A stretch of 57,554 bases of DNA, the filler included, from Dugesia japonica (lineage: Eukaryota): NCBI GenBank assembly GCA_001938525.1. It is 6 parts of 6 records of this genome, joined end to end, with 100 filler letters (N's around TTAATTAATTAA, not from the genome) between each part and the next. Parts side by side here need not be neighbours in the genome. Positions count along the whole stretch, not along the records: positions 38,801 to 47,485 come from MQRL01384040.1; positions 47,586 to 57,554 come from MQRL01648147.1; 4 more parts are not named here. One strand, given 5' to 3'. A program made the position numbers and the translations under genes. The notes beneath the pieces are model-generated. The model saw only the letters and a program-made list of their open reading frames with translations, ran no database searches and was not told the origin of the DNA. Positions 40,093-53,300 of this stretch are shown here, piece after piece. Every line of letters starts with the position of its first letter. The first letter of the stretch is position 1.

Positions 40093-41934
40093 GTAGAAGA
40101 AAAAGAGAAAAGAAAAACTTAGCAAAAATAAACATATTTTATTATTATATTCGTTATTAAAATTATTATTTGTATATAACTAACGAGTGCCATGATTAGA
40201 GGTTGTGCTCCCGGAACGCAGGAAAAAAATTGAAAACGTAAATCAAAAAAATGAATAAATGACAATTAATTGACAGACATAAGAAATCACGAGAAAATAA
40301 ACTCGCAAAAACAACTAAAAAATGAAGGAAAACTAATCGACAAAAACAACTAAAAAATGAATGAAAACTAATCGACAAAAATGAGAGCGTAAATCGACAA
40401 AGGCAGGTGAATGAGTGGATGAAGATATGAAGTGAGTGAAGGATGAAAGTGGAGTCCTTGGCAGAAAATGAGAAATAAATGTTTGCGAGTGATAGAATTG
40501 TGTTTTGATTTTATTAAAGTTCTATGAGAAATTTCAAGTGAAATGTATGCCACTTAGTCGTCGAACATTCTAAATCTGCAGAAGCATTAAAATTTTTAAA
40601 TGAAATTTTATTAAATGTTTCTTATTAATTTTTGTCAGTGTAAAAATCGCAGTTACGGAGTGAATATTTCGTTCTCAAATAATTGTCAGTTGCTGAGAAA
40701 CCATTTACCTATAATGTTTATTAATTTTCTTTGATTATAATCACTTACCGCAGTTAAACTTGTTAAAATTAAGTTATGATTAAACAATTTGTTTTTTTTG
40801 CAGTGAATATATCCAATGAAGAAAAGATGCTGAAGAAAGATGCAACCGCCGCGCAGCAAAGTTGGAAAGAAAAACGTAAGGAATTAAAAAATGAAATTCT
40901 GAGGTTGAAGGGACAGGTAATGAAATCCGCGGCGAAGTACAACCAGATAAAAAAAAGGAGCTGTCCCTTCAGCACCCAAACAGGCTAATAGCGGATATTA
41001 TAAAAACATATGCTGATCGAGAGAGTTCAATAATTGTTTCTTTAAGAACACTCCGATTTAATTACAAGTCGCCAAAGGCGCCAAACGAAGGAATGGAACC
41101 AGCGAAATTTATTAGAATCAATTTTGTTAAATATTTTAATTTGTATTATAAAATAATTTATAAATAGATAAAATTATCATTTTCATTATTTGTAAAAATA
41201 ACTAAATATATATTTAACTTTTTGTAATTTTGTTATTATTCTAAATATTTCGCTTTGTCAATAAAATATATTTTTTATTGTATTTAAAATTAATACATTA
41301 ATTAAAAAGATGAAATTTTAAATAGAATAGACTATAAAATATTGTCAATAAAAAATTTATTACTGTCTCTTCAAATAAATTTTAAATAAAATTAAAGAAA
41401 ATATATAAAAAANTAGTTACGCCATTTAAAATAAAATTTTATTGTTATATATTTTGACGGATTAACTGTNATCATCAGACAAAAATGAAATAAATGAGTT
41501 TATTCAGTTTGTATTATTCAAACAAAGATTAATGCGATTATACTGAATATGAGATGGATATAATTCTTAATTTTTAATTTTTTTTAACAACTTTTCAATA
41601 AAAAATTTTATTTATATAATAATATTTTATTACTGTTACCTATAAAATCAAAGATTTTTTTCCAAAATATTTAACTTTTTTAATTTTAGATTATATAATA
41701 AAATTTTGAAAATAATTTTATTTAATAATATTTAAACTTTTAAAAATTTTAACATAATTAACACATAATTTGTGACATTTGTCATATAATATAATCAATA
41801 TACATATACTATTATTATCATTATTTAAATTTCACCTGAAAATAATAGATATATTTTTTTTCTAAAAGAAATTTACATATAAATGGTTAGATTTTATACA
41901 ATACATTTATTTATTATAATTATATGAATACAAT

Positions 41935-42480
41935 TTCAATGTTGAGATTTTAACCATAATAACCAATTTTGTCCACATGTTGTTTCAAACAATTCTTGAT
42001 ATCGAATTCTCTTGTAAACTATTGGCTTTGATAATCTTGAAATATCTGAAACCAACATTTGTGGATAAAAAAATCTAAACCGATCAAAAAGCAGCATATT
42101 TTCCAATCTCAATCGAGATTTAATATTTGAGTATTGACAATTATGCCTTTATTAATTTTATTTAATACATGCTATTGAGTTTGTTTAAGCTAATATTGTT
42201 CTGTTCGCTGTTTTTGGATTTCATTTTTAAATACTCCATAAATTACTATATATGTCGATGCTAGCAATGCATTTCCATATTTGATATCCAATCTGAAATT
42301 TACTTTTTTAGGCAATTTACTCTAATTAACATCAAAACCCTGGAGCAAGTGCAAATGTAAAAAATGGATATTTGGCTTGGAATTCATCAAGTGTTATTCC
42401 ATAATTCATATTTTTGTTTAGATATTCCATATTTCTAACTATGAATTGCATGTATGTTGTGTTATAATTATCATTTTTAA
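41935..42480 (-). pseudogene. Second Polinton remnant: MCP C-terminus followed by protease
   Basis: IVRNMEYLNKNMNYGITLDEF..TFALAPGFD..FRLDIKY..IVIYGVFKNEIQ, then FFYPQMLV..IVY..RYQELFETTCGQ..WLK. Confidence 0.75.
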
Positions 42481-43339
42481 AGTCTAAAATTCAATGAACT
42501 TTAAAAAATAATTAATGTAATCCAATTTAAATTAAATGAAACCTTTATCAAATAAATGGGTTGATTTTTCTAAAAGGTCCACACCTATCATAATCAATAA
42601 TTCTTCTTGGATATCTTCGACAGTTTATACATCGACTATCATTTCTACATCCTCTTGAATATTTTCTAAATTAGTCATTATTTAAATAATAAATTAATAA
42701 AATATCTTACTCATAGCTTTAACAAATGTTTTCTTCTCCTCATCTGACAATGAAGACTATTCTTCTTTTTCATTAAGTTCTACAACAATTTGTTGAATTT
42801 CATGAGAATAATTTATATTCATTTGTTCAACCATATCATCTATAACTTTATCTATATTCATTGTTGATAAAATGAAATATATTGATTTTGATTATTTGAG
42901 CATTGTTGAATCTGTACTGCATTTTCTTGGTTTAAGTTGCATTCTTATTGAATTGTCATTGTTTAACGCGCACCTGCATTACGCATGCTCTTTGTATACT
43001 TAAATTAATGTTGCATTGTCTTTGTTTAACTTGCAGTTGTGTTGCACATGCATGACTCATAGTTTCTGATGGCTTGCATCTGTTTTGTATTTGTTTTTGT
43101 TTTCTTTGTTTATGTTTTTTATTAATCCTATAATTTGTAGCCTTAAAATGACTTATATACGTTCTCATAATAGCCAAAAGGAGAACTGATAAATGCTCAA
43201 TCAATATTTGTGGTCCTAAAGAGGACCGGTACACGTTCAAATATATATACATTTTTCTCTTTTTCTTTCGACATCATCTTCCTAAATATAAATGTTTTAA
43301 ATATTAACTAAAATAAAATAAAGTCACTTTACTTATAAG

Positions 43340-44230
43340 AATAAATGTGAGCAGGTCAGAAAAGAATTTAGAAATTGCAAACAAAGATATTATTCGAACA
43401 ATACCAATAACTACACAAGAAGGAATGGAAGTCACGTTAATTCAATTAAAAAAATTGAAAAAGATTGTGCATATAATGAAGATAAAGGCCAATGTAATGA
43501 AGAATCAAATATTTATCAAGACAAATACCCAAAATGCCCAAACTTTGACAGAAGTCGAGATTGTCGGAGCGTTGCATTAAGTATCCAAAAAAATCGCATT
43601 ATTGTAAATTTTAGTAAAAGTAGTATAAATAATTATATAAATAAAAGAAACGAAGATAAACGAGTAGATGAGTACAATGATGTTATCTCATAAGAAGATA
43701 AGTTATGACAAGATGGATGAATTTTCTTAGTAGCCTAGATATGGTATTGGAATTTAGACAATGTGCAAAACATACGAATGCAGATATGCTGTCGAGAAGC
43801 AATTGTGCTACGTGTGTACAATACATAACAGGTCATGAGAATCCAATAGAAGGGAAAATTAAGACAACGAAAATTAATTGTATATCAGGTTCAGATACAT
43901 ATAAATGACAAAGTAACGTAGAAAAAATTGAACAGATAAAGAATGATATAAAAATGGAACATGTAAAAAGTTTAGATTAATAGAAGATATAATAAAAAAG
44001 AAAGACGGTAAAATATGGACCCCGCATAATTTATTGGTGCACACAGGCACGAAAAAAGTGATAAATTATTTGAAAAATGAATATGATATAGAAGATTTGA
44101 GAGAAACTGTTCACAAGGCAAGATGATCGAAATAAATGTGGAAAAGATAAAAATAATTTTTAAAGAGAAGGAATGTAAGAATGATTGAATATACTTTAAA
44201 TATCTGAGAGGTTTTTTAAATTCTTTTTAT
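43340..44230 (+). mobile_element. Deleted Ty3/gypsy remnant with PPT and start of 3' LTR
   Basis: WMNFLSSLDM..HTNADMLSR; PPT aaagagaaggaa then tgtaagaatg at about 44173. Confidence 0.7.
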
Positions 44231-44236
44231 AAATTA

Positions 44237-47200
44237 TGTAACAAGACTTGTCAATAATAATAAGGATTTATTTAACAATGCTATAATTTGTATTATTCCA
44301 ACTAAATTGAATGTTTAAATAATCACTATTTTCTAACTTTCCTCTCCATTGAAATTGAAACTCGTACTGACTTTGGTTTATCCGGAAGCTTCAGTAAGAG
44401 TTGATGAGGATTTAAAAATTTAATAATCGTGTACGGACCTTCAAATATTTATCCACTTTTATGAATATTATTTACAAGAACGTTTCCCATTTCCTACGCA
44501 ACTCGTTTCAGTTCTAGTTTTTTGTCATTAACAACTTGTTCATGATTAGCGGGCTCATTTCTCGACTAATTAATTGAAAATTCAATCTTGGGAATATATT
44601 TATTCCAAGTAAACCTATTCTTATCACTATTAATTGAAGTAACTGTTCTAATTACTATCTCTGCTAAACCATTGGCTTAATGTTGGTAAGATGATATAAA
44701 TTCTTGTTTAATTCCAAATCTTCCACACAACTGATTCATTTTGCTACCTTCCAAAACTCCACCCCGATCAAATAAGATTGATTTTGGTTTTCCGAATCGG
44801 TTAATCCAATGCTTCTTTATTGCATCTGATATTGCTGTTTAATCTTGTTTACTACGAGGTATCAGTTTAAATAGTTTGCTAAATCTATCGGTAATAAGAA
44901 GCAAGTACTTATGATTAGACTTGTACTCAGAAAAATAAGCCACATCTATTAAAATTTGTTCTAGTAGTCAAAATCTTTCTCTAGTTAACAATAGTTCTTT
45001 TGTTCGACCAGTGTAGATCTTTCTTTTCGCACATATTTCACATTTTTGAATTTTGTGTTCGATTTCTCTATTCATATCAAGCCAGAAGTATATCTCTCGA
45101 ATATATTCCATTAACTTCTTGCTTTCCAAATGAAATAGTTTTTTGTGCAAGTATTTAACTAATTTTAGTGAGTAATTTTGTGGTATAACGATTAGTTTCT
45201 TCTCTGATCATCTTTAATTACAATAATCCCAAATAATTTGAATTTATATTATATCTTTGAAATATTTGCTTTTCTTCACTTCAGTAGTTACATCATTATC
45301 CAAACTAGCTTAATATTGATCTTGGTATTCCACATTTGTTTTGTAACTCTTCCATATTTTTGTTATAACATACATTTTCATTTAAACTGTTTATAAATCA
45401 AACTATAGATTTATTCCCTTTACCAGCATGGTGTTTTGTTAAACATTGACTACACATCGTTTCATTTATTCTAAAAAGGCCGTCAGCATTACTGCAATCC
45501 GTTTCTTTCCGATATTCTAAATCAAAATGAAATACAAAAAGATTAGCAAACCAAGTATGAAATTGGGGACTAATTTGTTTATTTGTTTTCTTCATATAAG
45601 TCAAAGCTTTATGGTCAGGCCTTATTTTAAACTTTTTCCCAATAAAATGATACTTAAAATGCATAAAAAATTAAGAATAGCTAAAATTACTTTTCTAGTT
45701 GCACATTAATCTTTTTCATGAGAATTTAAAACTCTCAAAGCAAAACCTATAACTTTTTCATCGCCTTTGTAATCCTTTTGGCTTAGAACAGCTCCAATAG
45801 CTCCAAAACTTGCATAAGTGTTTAGAATCATTTCTTTTGATGGATCAAGAAATCCCAATATTAGTGCAGTGGATAATTCATACTTTAACTTTTAGAAGCT
45901 ATGTTCAGCATCTGTGGACCACTCGATCAATTTGTCCTTTCCTGATATCATATCATACAGTGATGCAGTAATAATTGCATAATCTTTGATAAATCAACGA
46001 TAATTATTAGTTAGTCCCAAAAATGATCTTAACTGCGTAACACAACCTGGAATTGGTGCTTCTGTAATTTTTTTTATTTTATCATCGTTAGTTAAAATTC
46101 CTTTTTTATTAATTGAGTGCCCCAAAAATTCAATTTATCAGTTCCAAATACAAATTTTTCTGGATTAACTTTTAATTTTGATGCATTAATTAATTCAAAT
46201 GCTTTTTCTAATCTTTGATTATGTTNATCAACACTTCTTCCATAAACTAAAATGTAATCCAAATAAACAATTACACCTTTATACAGCATTCCTTTAAAAA
46301 TCAAATTCATTAAACTCTGAAAAGTTGCCCGTGCTGTACATAAACCAAATGCCAATTGATTAAAACAGAATTATCCAATCTTTGTACTAAAAGCTGTTTT
46401 CATTTGTGAATCTTCGTTTAACACAACTTGATAATAAGCTTGTCCTTAGTCTAAAGATGAAAGAATTGTTGATCCATTTAAGATATCCAAAAGTGTGTTT
46501 ATATCAGGTACCGGTAAATAGAGATTTTTTAGTTACTACATTAAATCCTCGAAAATCCAAACACATTCGGATAGTATCATCTTATCTTGTTACTATCACT
46601 AAAAGAGAATTCCATGAACTTTTACATGATCATATAATTTTGGATTCTAACTAATCTTCAATTAATTTATCAACTTTATCTTCAAAATGNATTCGTTGTT
46701 TTCTTGGATTTTGAGAAATTAGAGGTCTATTTGTATTAACATGATGCTTAATNAATGTAGTGATTCCTAAATCAAATTTGAATGCCATAAAAATCGATCC
46801 ATATTTTTTATGAATACACGATATTCTTCCATTTAATTGGCCCTTGGTAACCAAATAACAGTCTTTGAAATAATGATCATTTTTACCACAAATTAAGCAT
46901 TTATTCTTAAGTAGACATTCATTTCGTCTATGACTCATATTACCACAACAAAAGCATGTACCTTGTAGTAAGATTTCATCACGTGGTGGTGCTTTACCCC
47001 TGCATTGATTGTAGTATTTCATAGCAATCCTCTTCATTGATCGTTGTGGTCTATTGGCTTGATGAGAAAAATTCCCATTATTGATCGATTGTGAAAAGTT
47101 TTTATCTCGATCCTTATATGTAGTTGATTTTCAGATTGATTTTTATTTTCAGAAGATTTATATTTCCTGAATTCCTTTGGTGCTCAAAATGTGTCCTCCC

Positions 47201-47482
47201 TTCTGAACGTTGATTATAATATCGAGATTTACTAATCACTTGCGACTATGTTGGTTTCATTACATAAACTTCTCGATGCGGAACCAATTTTTCTAAATTC
47301 ATGGCAAAATCTCTTCTTCTTTCGTCAGACATTAATGGGTCAAGGGCAAAGTATTCACGTAATTGCTTACTCTGTAATCTTGCAGTATAAATGCTCTTGC
47401 AATTTCTTCTTTTGTTAATTTCTTTTGAAATACGCCTGTAACCATTTTTGAACTCGAATCTCAAAATTTCTGTACGTCTCAT
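44237..47482 (-). mobile_element. Decayed Ty3/gypsy (two CCHC knuckles, RT, RNase H, integrase), apparently nested in the previous LTR
   Basis: CFCCGNMSHRRNEC, CLICGKNDHYFKDC, AFGLCTA..VYLD, PDHKAL, CEIC; PPT ggagaggaaag at about 44337-44347. Confidence 0.85.
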
Positions 47483-47585
47483 CTGNNNNNNNNNNNNNNN
47501 NNNNNNNNNNNNNNNNNNNNNNNNNNNNNTTAATTAATTAANNNNNNNNNNNNNNNNNNNNNNNNNNNNNNNNNNNNNNNNNNNN

Positions 47586-49150
47586 ATAAAAATTAAAAAA
47601 TCTCTCAGATATTTAAATCTTTGAATGATTCTTAGACCCCATCTTTAAAACCTTTTTTAATCTTTTCCACAATTCTTTCAATCATCTCCCTTCTGTACTT
47701 TTCAGCAGGTATCGTCTTTCATGAATCTGTTTTATCACCTCGTATGGACCTGTATATATTTCTTTGTCTTTTTATCTGATTTTTACCTTGACTAGCACAT
47801 CATCTCTAACTTGAAAATGTCTCTTTGTTGGTATCATCTTTATCTATGTTTCTGCTAACGGAATATCACTTCAGCTGGACTTAACCCCAAAGTCTTCTCG
47901 CTTGTTGCATGTAGTGTATATTAAATTTCTGGTATTAACTCTGCCCTATGTTTATTCTTTTTATCTTTTAATGTTGCATTCATGTAATATCTGATCATTC
48001 TGAATTGTGGCTCCACTATTCCGTTTGTATTATGATGATATGGACTTGTTTGTCTATTTTATAAATGCTATCTGTTCTCACCAAAAGTCTTTTCCAATAC
48101 AAATAATGTTTAAAATGGTTACAAAAATAATAAATAGCCAATAATTCTTTTCTTGTTATACAATATCCTTTTTCATGAGCTAACATTACATGGGACCTAT
48201 ATGCAATCACTTGTTCTAAACTTCTTTCATCTATTTGCAATAGAACTGCTCCGATAGCATTAAAACTTGCATCTGTATATATTACAAACATCATTTTAAT
48301 ATCTGGAAAGCTCAATATCGGTGCATTTGTTAATCTCATTAAAAGCTTTATTACAATTTTCAGATCACACAACGTTTTTATTATTACTTCCACATAGCTC
48401 TTACAAGCTTCTAGCTTTCTTTGAGTAATTGTTGATAAACTGTTTATAGTATTTGAATATTCCCAAAAAGCTTCTTAAGTTCACACACATTTAGGTCTTC
48501 TAAGGTTTTTTGTTTGATCAGTTCGAACTCCATTCTTGTCTATTTGACTTCTGCTTGCAATAAATGACATTTTTCTGAGTTAATTCTCAATCCTGATTCT
48601 TGAATTCTGTTAAAAATTGGTTTAAAATTCTATAGTGCTGCTCTAAATTTACTGAAAATATCAATATATCATCCATGTATACCATTGTTTCTCTCAATCT
48701 TCCTAACATTGTTGTCATTAATTCTTGAAACGTTTCAGGTGCTGCAGCTATACCAAAAGGCATTCTTGTGAAACAATACTGTTTATATTTTGTAGAAAAT
48801 GCTGTTTTCATTTGTAAATATTTATGTAACGGAACTTGATAATATACATTTCCCAAATCAATAGTACTAAAATATCGTGCATCACTCAAATTGTTTAGTA
48901 TTTCCTCTACATTGGGCATCGGAAATGCCTGTCTTTTTGTGATTGCATTCAGTTTACTAAAATCTAAACAGAATCTAACGTCTTTCCTTTCTTTTTTGCA
49001 AGCATATATTAACGGAGTGTTCCATTGCAAATTGCACTTCCTAATAATGCCATTGTCAAACAAATTCTTGATAGCTTCATCGATCTTATTCTCTGAATGC
49101 ATTGGTTGTTTCCATGGTTTTGTATTTATTGGTTTTTTATTTGTGATTAT
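47586..49150 (-). mobile_element. Ty3/gypsy pol fragment related to the 50317-55048 element
   Basis: IDLGNVYYQ, MPFGIAAAP, YMDD, TDASFNAIGAVL, KGYCITRKELLA. Confidence 0.88.
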
Positions 49151-49479
49151 TGTTATTGTGATTAGTGTTTTTTGTTCAGGAACGTGTCTTGAGCGTTAAA
49201 CTAGGTATGCCTGTATTATTTATTTAAATCACTTTATTCGGAATAACTAAAAGATTGGTCTTCTAAAAATTAAAAGATTTCTAAAACTCACTATGAATTT
49301 CATTTTAAAAAATAAATGTTTAAAATACATTATAAATTTTTATTTGCTAATGAACATAATCAAATGATTTATTTTCAAAAACCGTAACCGTTATTTATAA
49401 TAATAAAATTTGACTTTACGTTACATTAGTTATTTATATTATTTGATACCATAATTGCATTTTTACTAAAACTTTTTAG

Positions 49480-49607
49480 CTGATCTAACTTCATTTTTAA
49501 CTGTAAGTGAAGGGAATAGTTTATTATCATCTTTGGATCAATTAGCTTCTCGAACTGATCTTAAAATTGTGATACCAAAAGGAACGAATTTGGATGCATT
49601 ATTAATA
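49480..49607 (+). CDS. Ionotropic glutamate receptor-like exon (M3 end to S2 start)
   Basis: tttttag acceptor, (A)DLTSFLTVSEGNSLLSSLDQLASRTDLKIVIPKGT, gtaag donor; matches the ANLAAFLTV...S.EDLA.QT pattern. Confidence 0.55.
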
Positions 49608-50316
49608 GTAAGAAAATTTAATTAATTGAAATACTTTCACTATTGAAATTTTTTTGATCACTTAGCTAATGTAATTCATTTTTCAAACCAATAATTTGTA
49701 AAAATTAAAGTGTTAAATTTTTTACAGTATATTCTATATTATCTAAATTTTTTATAATTTGATTAAAATGATATTATCGAAAATTTTATATCAAGAATGA
49801 TCTACTGTACTTACCGATAAATTTTCGAATAAATTAATTATCCAATACCTGGATAAATAAAGAAATATGCGGTGTCTAATTTAAATAAACGTACATACAG
49901 TACATTTCCTTCTTTGGTCCTTTGGCCTTAGGAGTAGGGGAACAGAAAAACAACCCAAAAAACGTTTACAATATATTTAAATAATAAATAATTTATTTAT
50001 AGTTTTTACTAAAACTATTAATTTAATATCGTAATGTTTAAAAAACATTATCCTTTTTAACACAAAGCATCAAGCATTTTCGTTCAAAATTATAGCTTGA
50101 TTTTTCCTATTCTTCTTCAGTTACTCCATAGTTCATCGCTATTCATTTCTGTGTCAATACTTTCTTTTGATCTAAAATTTCAATTCTTGTTTTAATGTGA
50201 GTACAGTTTTTCATTTATGAGATGGTTTTTGAATTATTTATTTAGGTATTGTTAGGTAAGTCTTCAATTGGTAATTGGTTATTCAAATCAGAACTAATAT
50301 GTTTGACATTATTTAT

Positions 50317-53300
50317 TATAAGGGAAACTTTTAAAAAAATTTTAAAAAGGGAATTTTTCATTTTGNTTGAATATTTAAGTTTTGAAAAAGTTTTTGGCGA
50401 AAATTTGGATTTGGAGAATATTGGATTATAAAGTAAATTTTGTATATTTTTATAACATTTTACTATTTTATTGTAATTGATTTTGTAATTTGATTAAGTT
50501 GTTATTAAGTTGTAATTGATTTGTAAATTATAAATATATTTTATTCTAAAGATCTTTAATTGTTTTCAGCTATTTTTGTTGTAATGAATACAAAAGAAGA
50601 AGAAAATATTATTAATGAGGTGCGTATTCCTTACATGGTGGCAGCGGTAAATACCAACTTGATCACTGAACGTCTATTGCCCAAGGTATTTTGTAAGAGC
50701 GAAGATATTGAAAAATTTATTAAAAGGACATAATTATATTTTGACGCGAAAGGTATCAACCAGAAGAAAGAACAGGAGAGACTTTGTTTACTGGATGAAG
50801 ATTTAGGAGAAGATTATGTGAAGACGGCAAAGAAAACGGAAGGATTTCAATCGAGGCTACTATTGGCATTCAAAAAAGAAAAGGATATAGTAGAAGATTT
50901 TCAGAATTTATTAAATTTTAAAAGGGAAATTTAGATGTTGGCGTATATGTAAAGAAAGTGAAGAATCTGGTCGACAAGATATTTGATAACAAAGACTTTT
51001 TAAAGGAGAAATTACTCGCCAAAATGTTAGTATTTTGTTCAGAAAATAGAAAAGTTGAAGAAGACGTGGTACTAAGGAAATTAGAAAAACTGGAAGAAAT
51101 TAAGGAAACTTTAGTGCTGTTAGACCGACGGAGAAAAAGAAAGAACAAATTAATGTTGTTTGAAGTTATGCGCAGGTGGTAAATCGCGAGTGTCAGAATC
51201 CAAAAGTACATGTAAGGGGTACGCAAGTAGATATTAGCAAATTAAACCAACAGTTGGAATGTTGGATATGTTGCAAAGTTGGTCACAGGAGAGAAAATTG
51301 GCCGGTAAAAGAAATATGGGAATGTTGGTCGTGCCGTAGAAAAGGGCATTTGAGTAGAGAGTGTCCAGAAAGACGACCTGTGAGATGTTTTGGATGTGGA
51401 AAAGTAGGACACATAAGAAGATGTTGTCCATAAATGAGATACGGAAGATGCAATAGTAAGGGTCATAGGGCGGAAAACTGTTATGATAATTCGGGAATTA
51501 AACAGATGGGAGACACAAAAGGAACAAGGAATGAGGAAAAGAATCGATATAATCAATTTAATATGATAGAGGAACAATGTAGAGATGAACAGCATGTTAT
51601 CGGTGAGACAGATGACAAGGAAGGAAATACTTTCCCAAACAGGTGGGCTCCATCAGTAGAGGAGTTGATTGGAGCCATCTATTAAGCGAAATCTTTGACA
51701 GTTATCCTCAAGGGGTTGAGCTGTGGGAGAATAGATGGAAAATAGGAAAGAAAGTGTATAGATTTTTGAAGAGAGAAACATTAAGTAGTTTGGATAGTAA
51801 GGAATGGATCGGAGAAATTGAAGGTAGAAAAGAGATAACAATTTCTTATGACAAATTACAAGGCAGACCTAGTGTTTTAGTAACAATTTAGAATGTGAAG
51901 CTAGAATGTTTATTAGATACGGGAGCCCGCATAAATGTCATAAGTAGGAGTTGTCTAAAGAAGTTTAAACATATACATTTGGAAGAATGAGATGACAGGT
52001 TGAGGTGTGCAAATGGCAGTATTTTAGAAACGGCAGGAAGAGTACGTTTGCTTGTTCAATTGGGAGACGACTGCAGAGAAATTACCTTTGTTGTGGCAGA
52101 TAAGGTTTTTCCGGAGATAATAGGGGGTATTGATTTCCAGATGATTTTTGGATTTCATCTGACAGTATAATAATTTGATGAAATTGGACAAATTCTAAAT
52201 AATATTGATGCAAGATTTGGTAGACAAGTGGAGAAAGGAGAACGTTTAAATATAGCGATTGAAACCATGGGAAATAAGAATGACTCAGATTTAATGGATA
52301 TTTGTAAAAAGATGGAAGATGTTTATATGGCGGACAAGTGGGACTTGGGTAAGACACTTTTGGTCAAACACAAGATTAACACTCAAGGAGAACCGATAAA
52401 TATCAAACCCTACAGACAGCCATCACATTTGGAAAGGAAAATTAATGAATCGATTCAGAATTTATTTGATAATAAAATCATTTGTAAGTGTAATTCGCCA
52501 TGGAACACTCCTTTGATTTGCGTATGGAAGAAGGACAAAAAGGACTTTCGACTATGTCTTGATTTTAGACAATTGAACGCAGTTAGGGAAAGGCAAGCTT
52601 TCCTAATGCCAAATATTGGCGAGATGTTGGATACATTGTAGGGAGCAAGATAATTTAGTTCGATTGATTTAAGAAACGCTTACTACCAAGTGGAGTTGGA
52701 AGAGGAGTCGCAAAAAAACTGCATTCTCAACCAAACAGGGACAATACGGTTTTAATCGGATGCCTTTCGGGATAGCAGCAGCACCGGATACGTTCCAAGA
52801 GATGATGACGAAAGTGATTGGAGGAATTGCAGGGGCTATGGTATACTTGGATGACTTCTTGATTTTTTTGAAGAGTAGGAAGCAACACTATGAAATCATT
52901 GACAGGGTATTAGAGGGTATTTTAACAGACGGATTGCGTGTAAACCCTGAAAAATGTCAGCTCATAAGGAGTGAAATTAAGTTTTTGGGATATATTATTT
53001 ACGAGAATGTGGTCCAGACAGACCCGACGAAGATTGAAGCCATAAAAACATTTGAACGACCAAATTTTGTAAAAAGACTACGTAGCTTTCTAGGAATCTG
53101 CAACGTTTATCGAAATTTTATAGAGTATGCAATTAAGGCCAGAAAATTAGAACAATTATGCTGTGGTTCAAGTAACAAAAAGTTGGATTGAACTAGTGAA
53201 TTGAATAAAATTTTTCAAGGTTTATAAGATGCATTAATGTCGGCGCCGATTCTAAATTTCCCAGATTTGAGCAAAGATTTAATTTTAGACACAGATGCTA

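Noticed and set aside
40804-40916. Coiled-coil candidate exon with good splice sites
   Set aside because: No recognisable homology or partner exons
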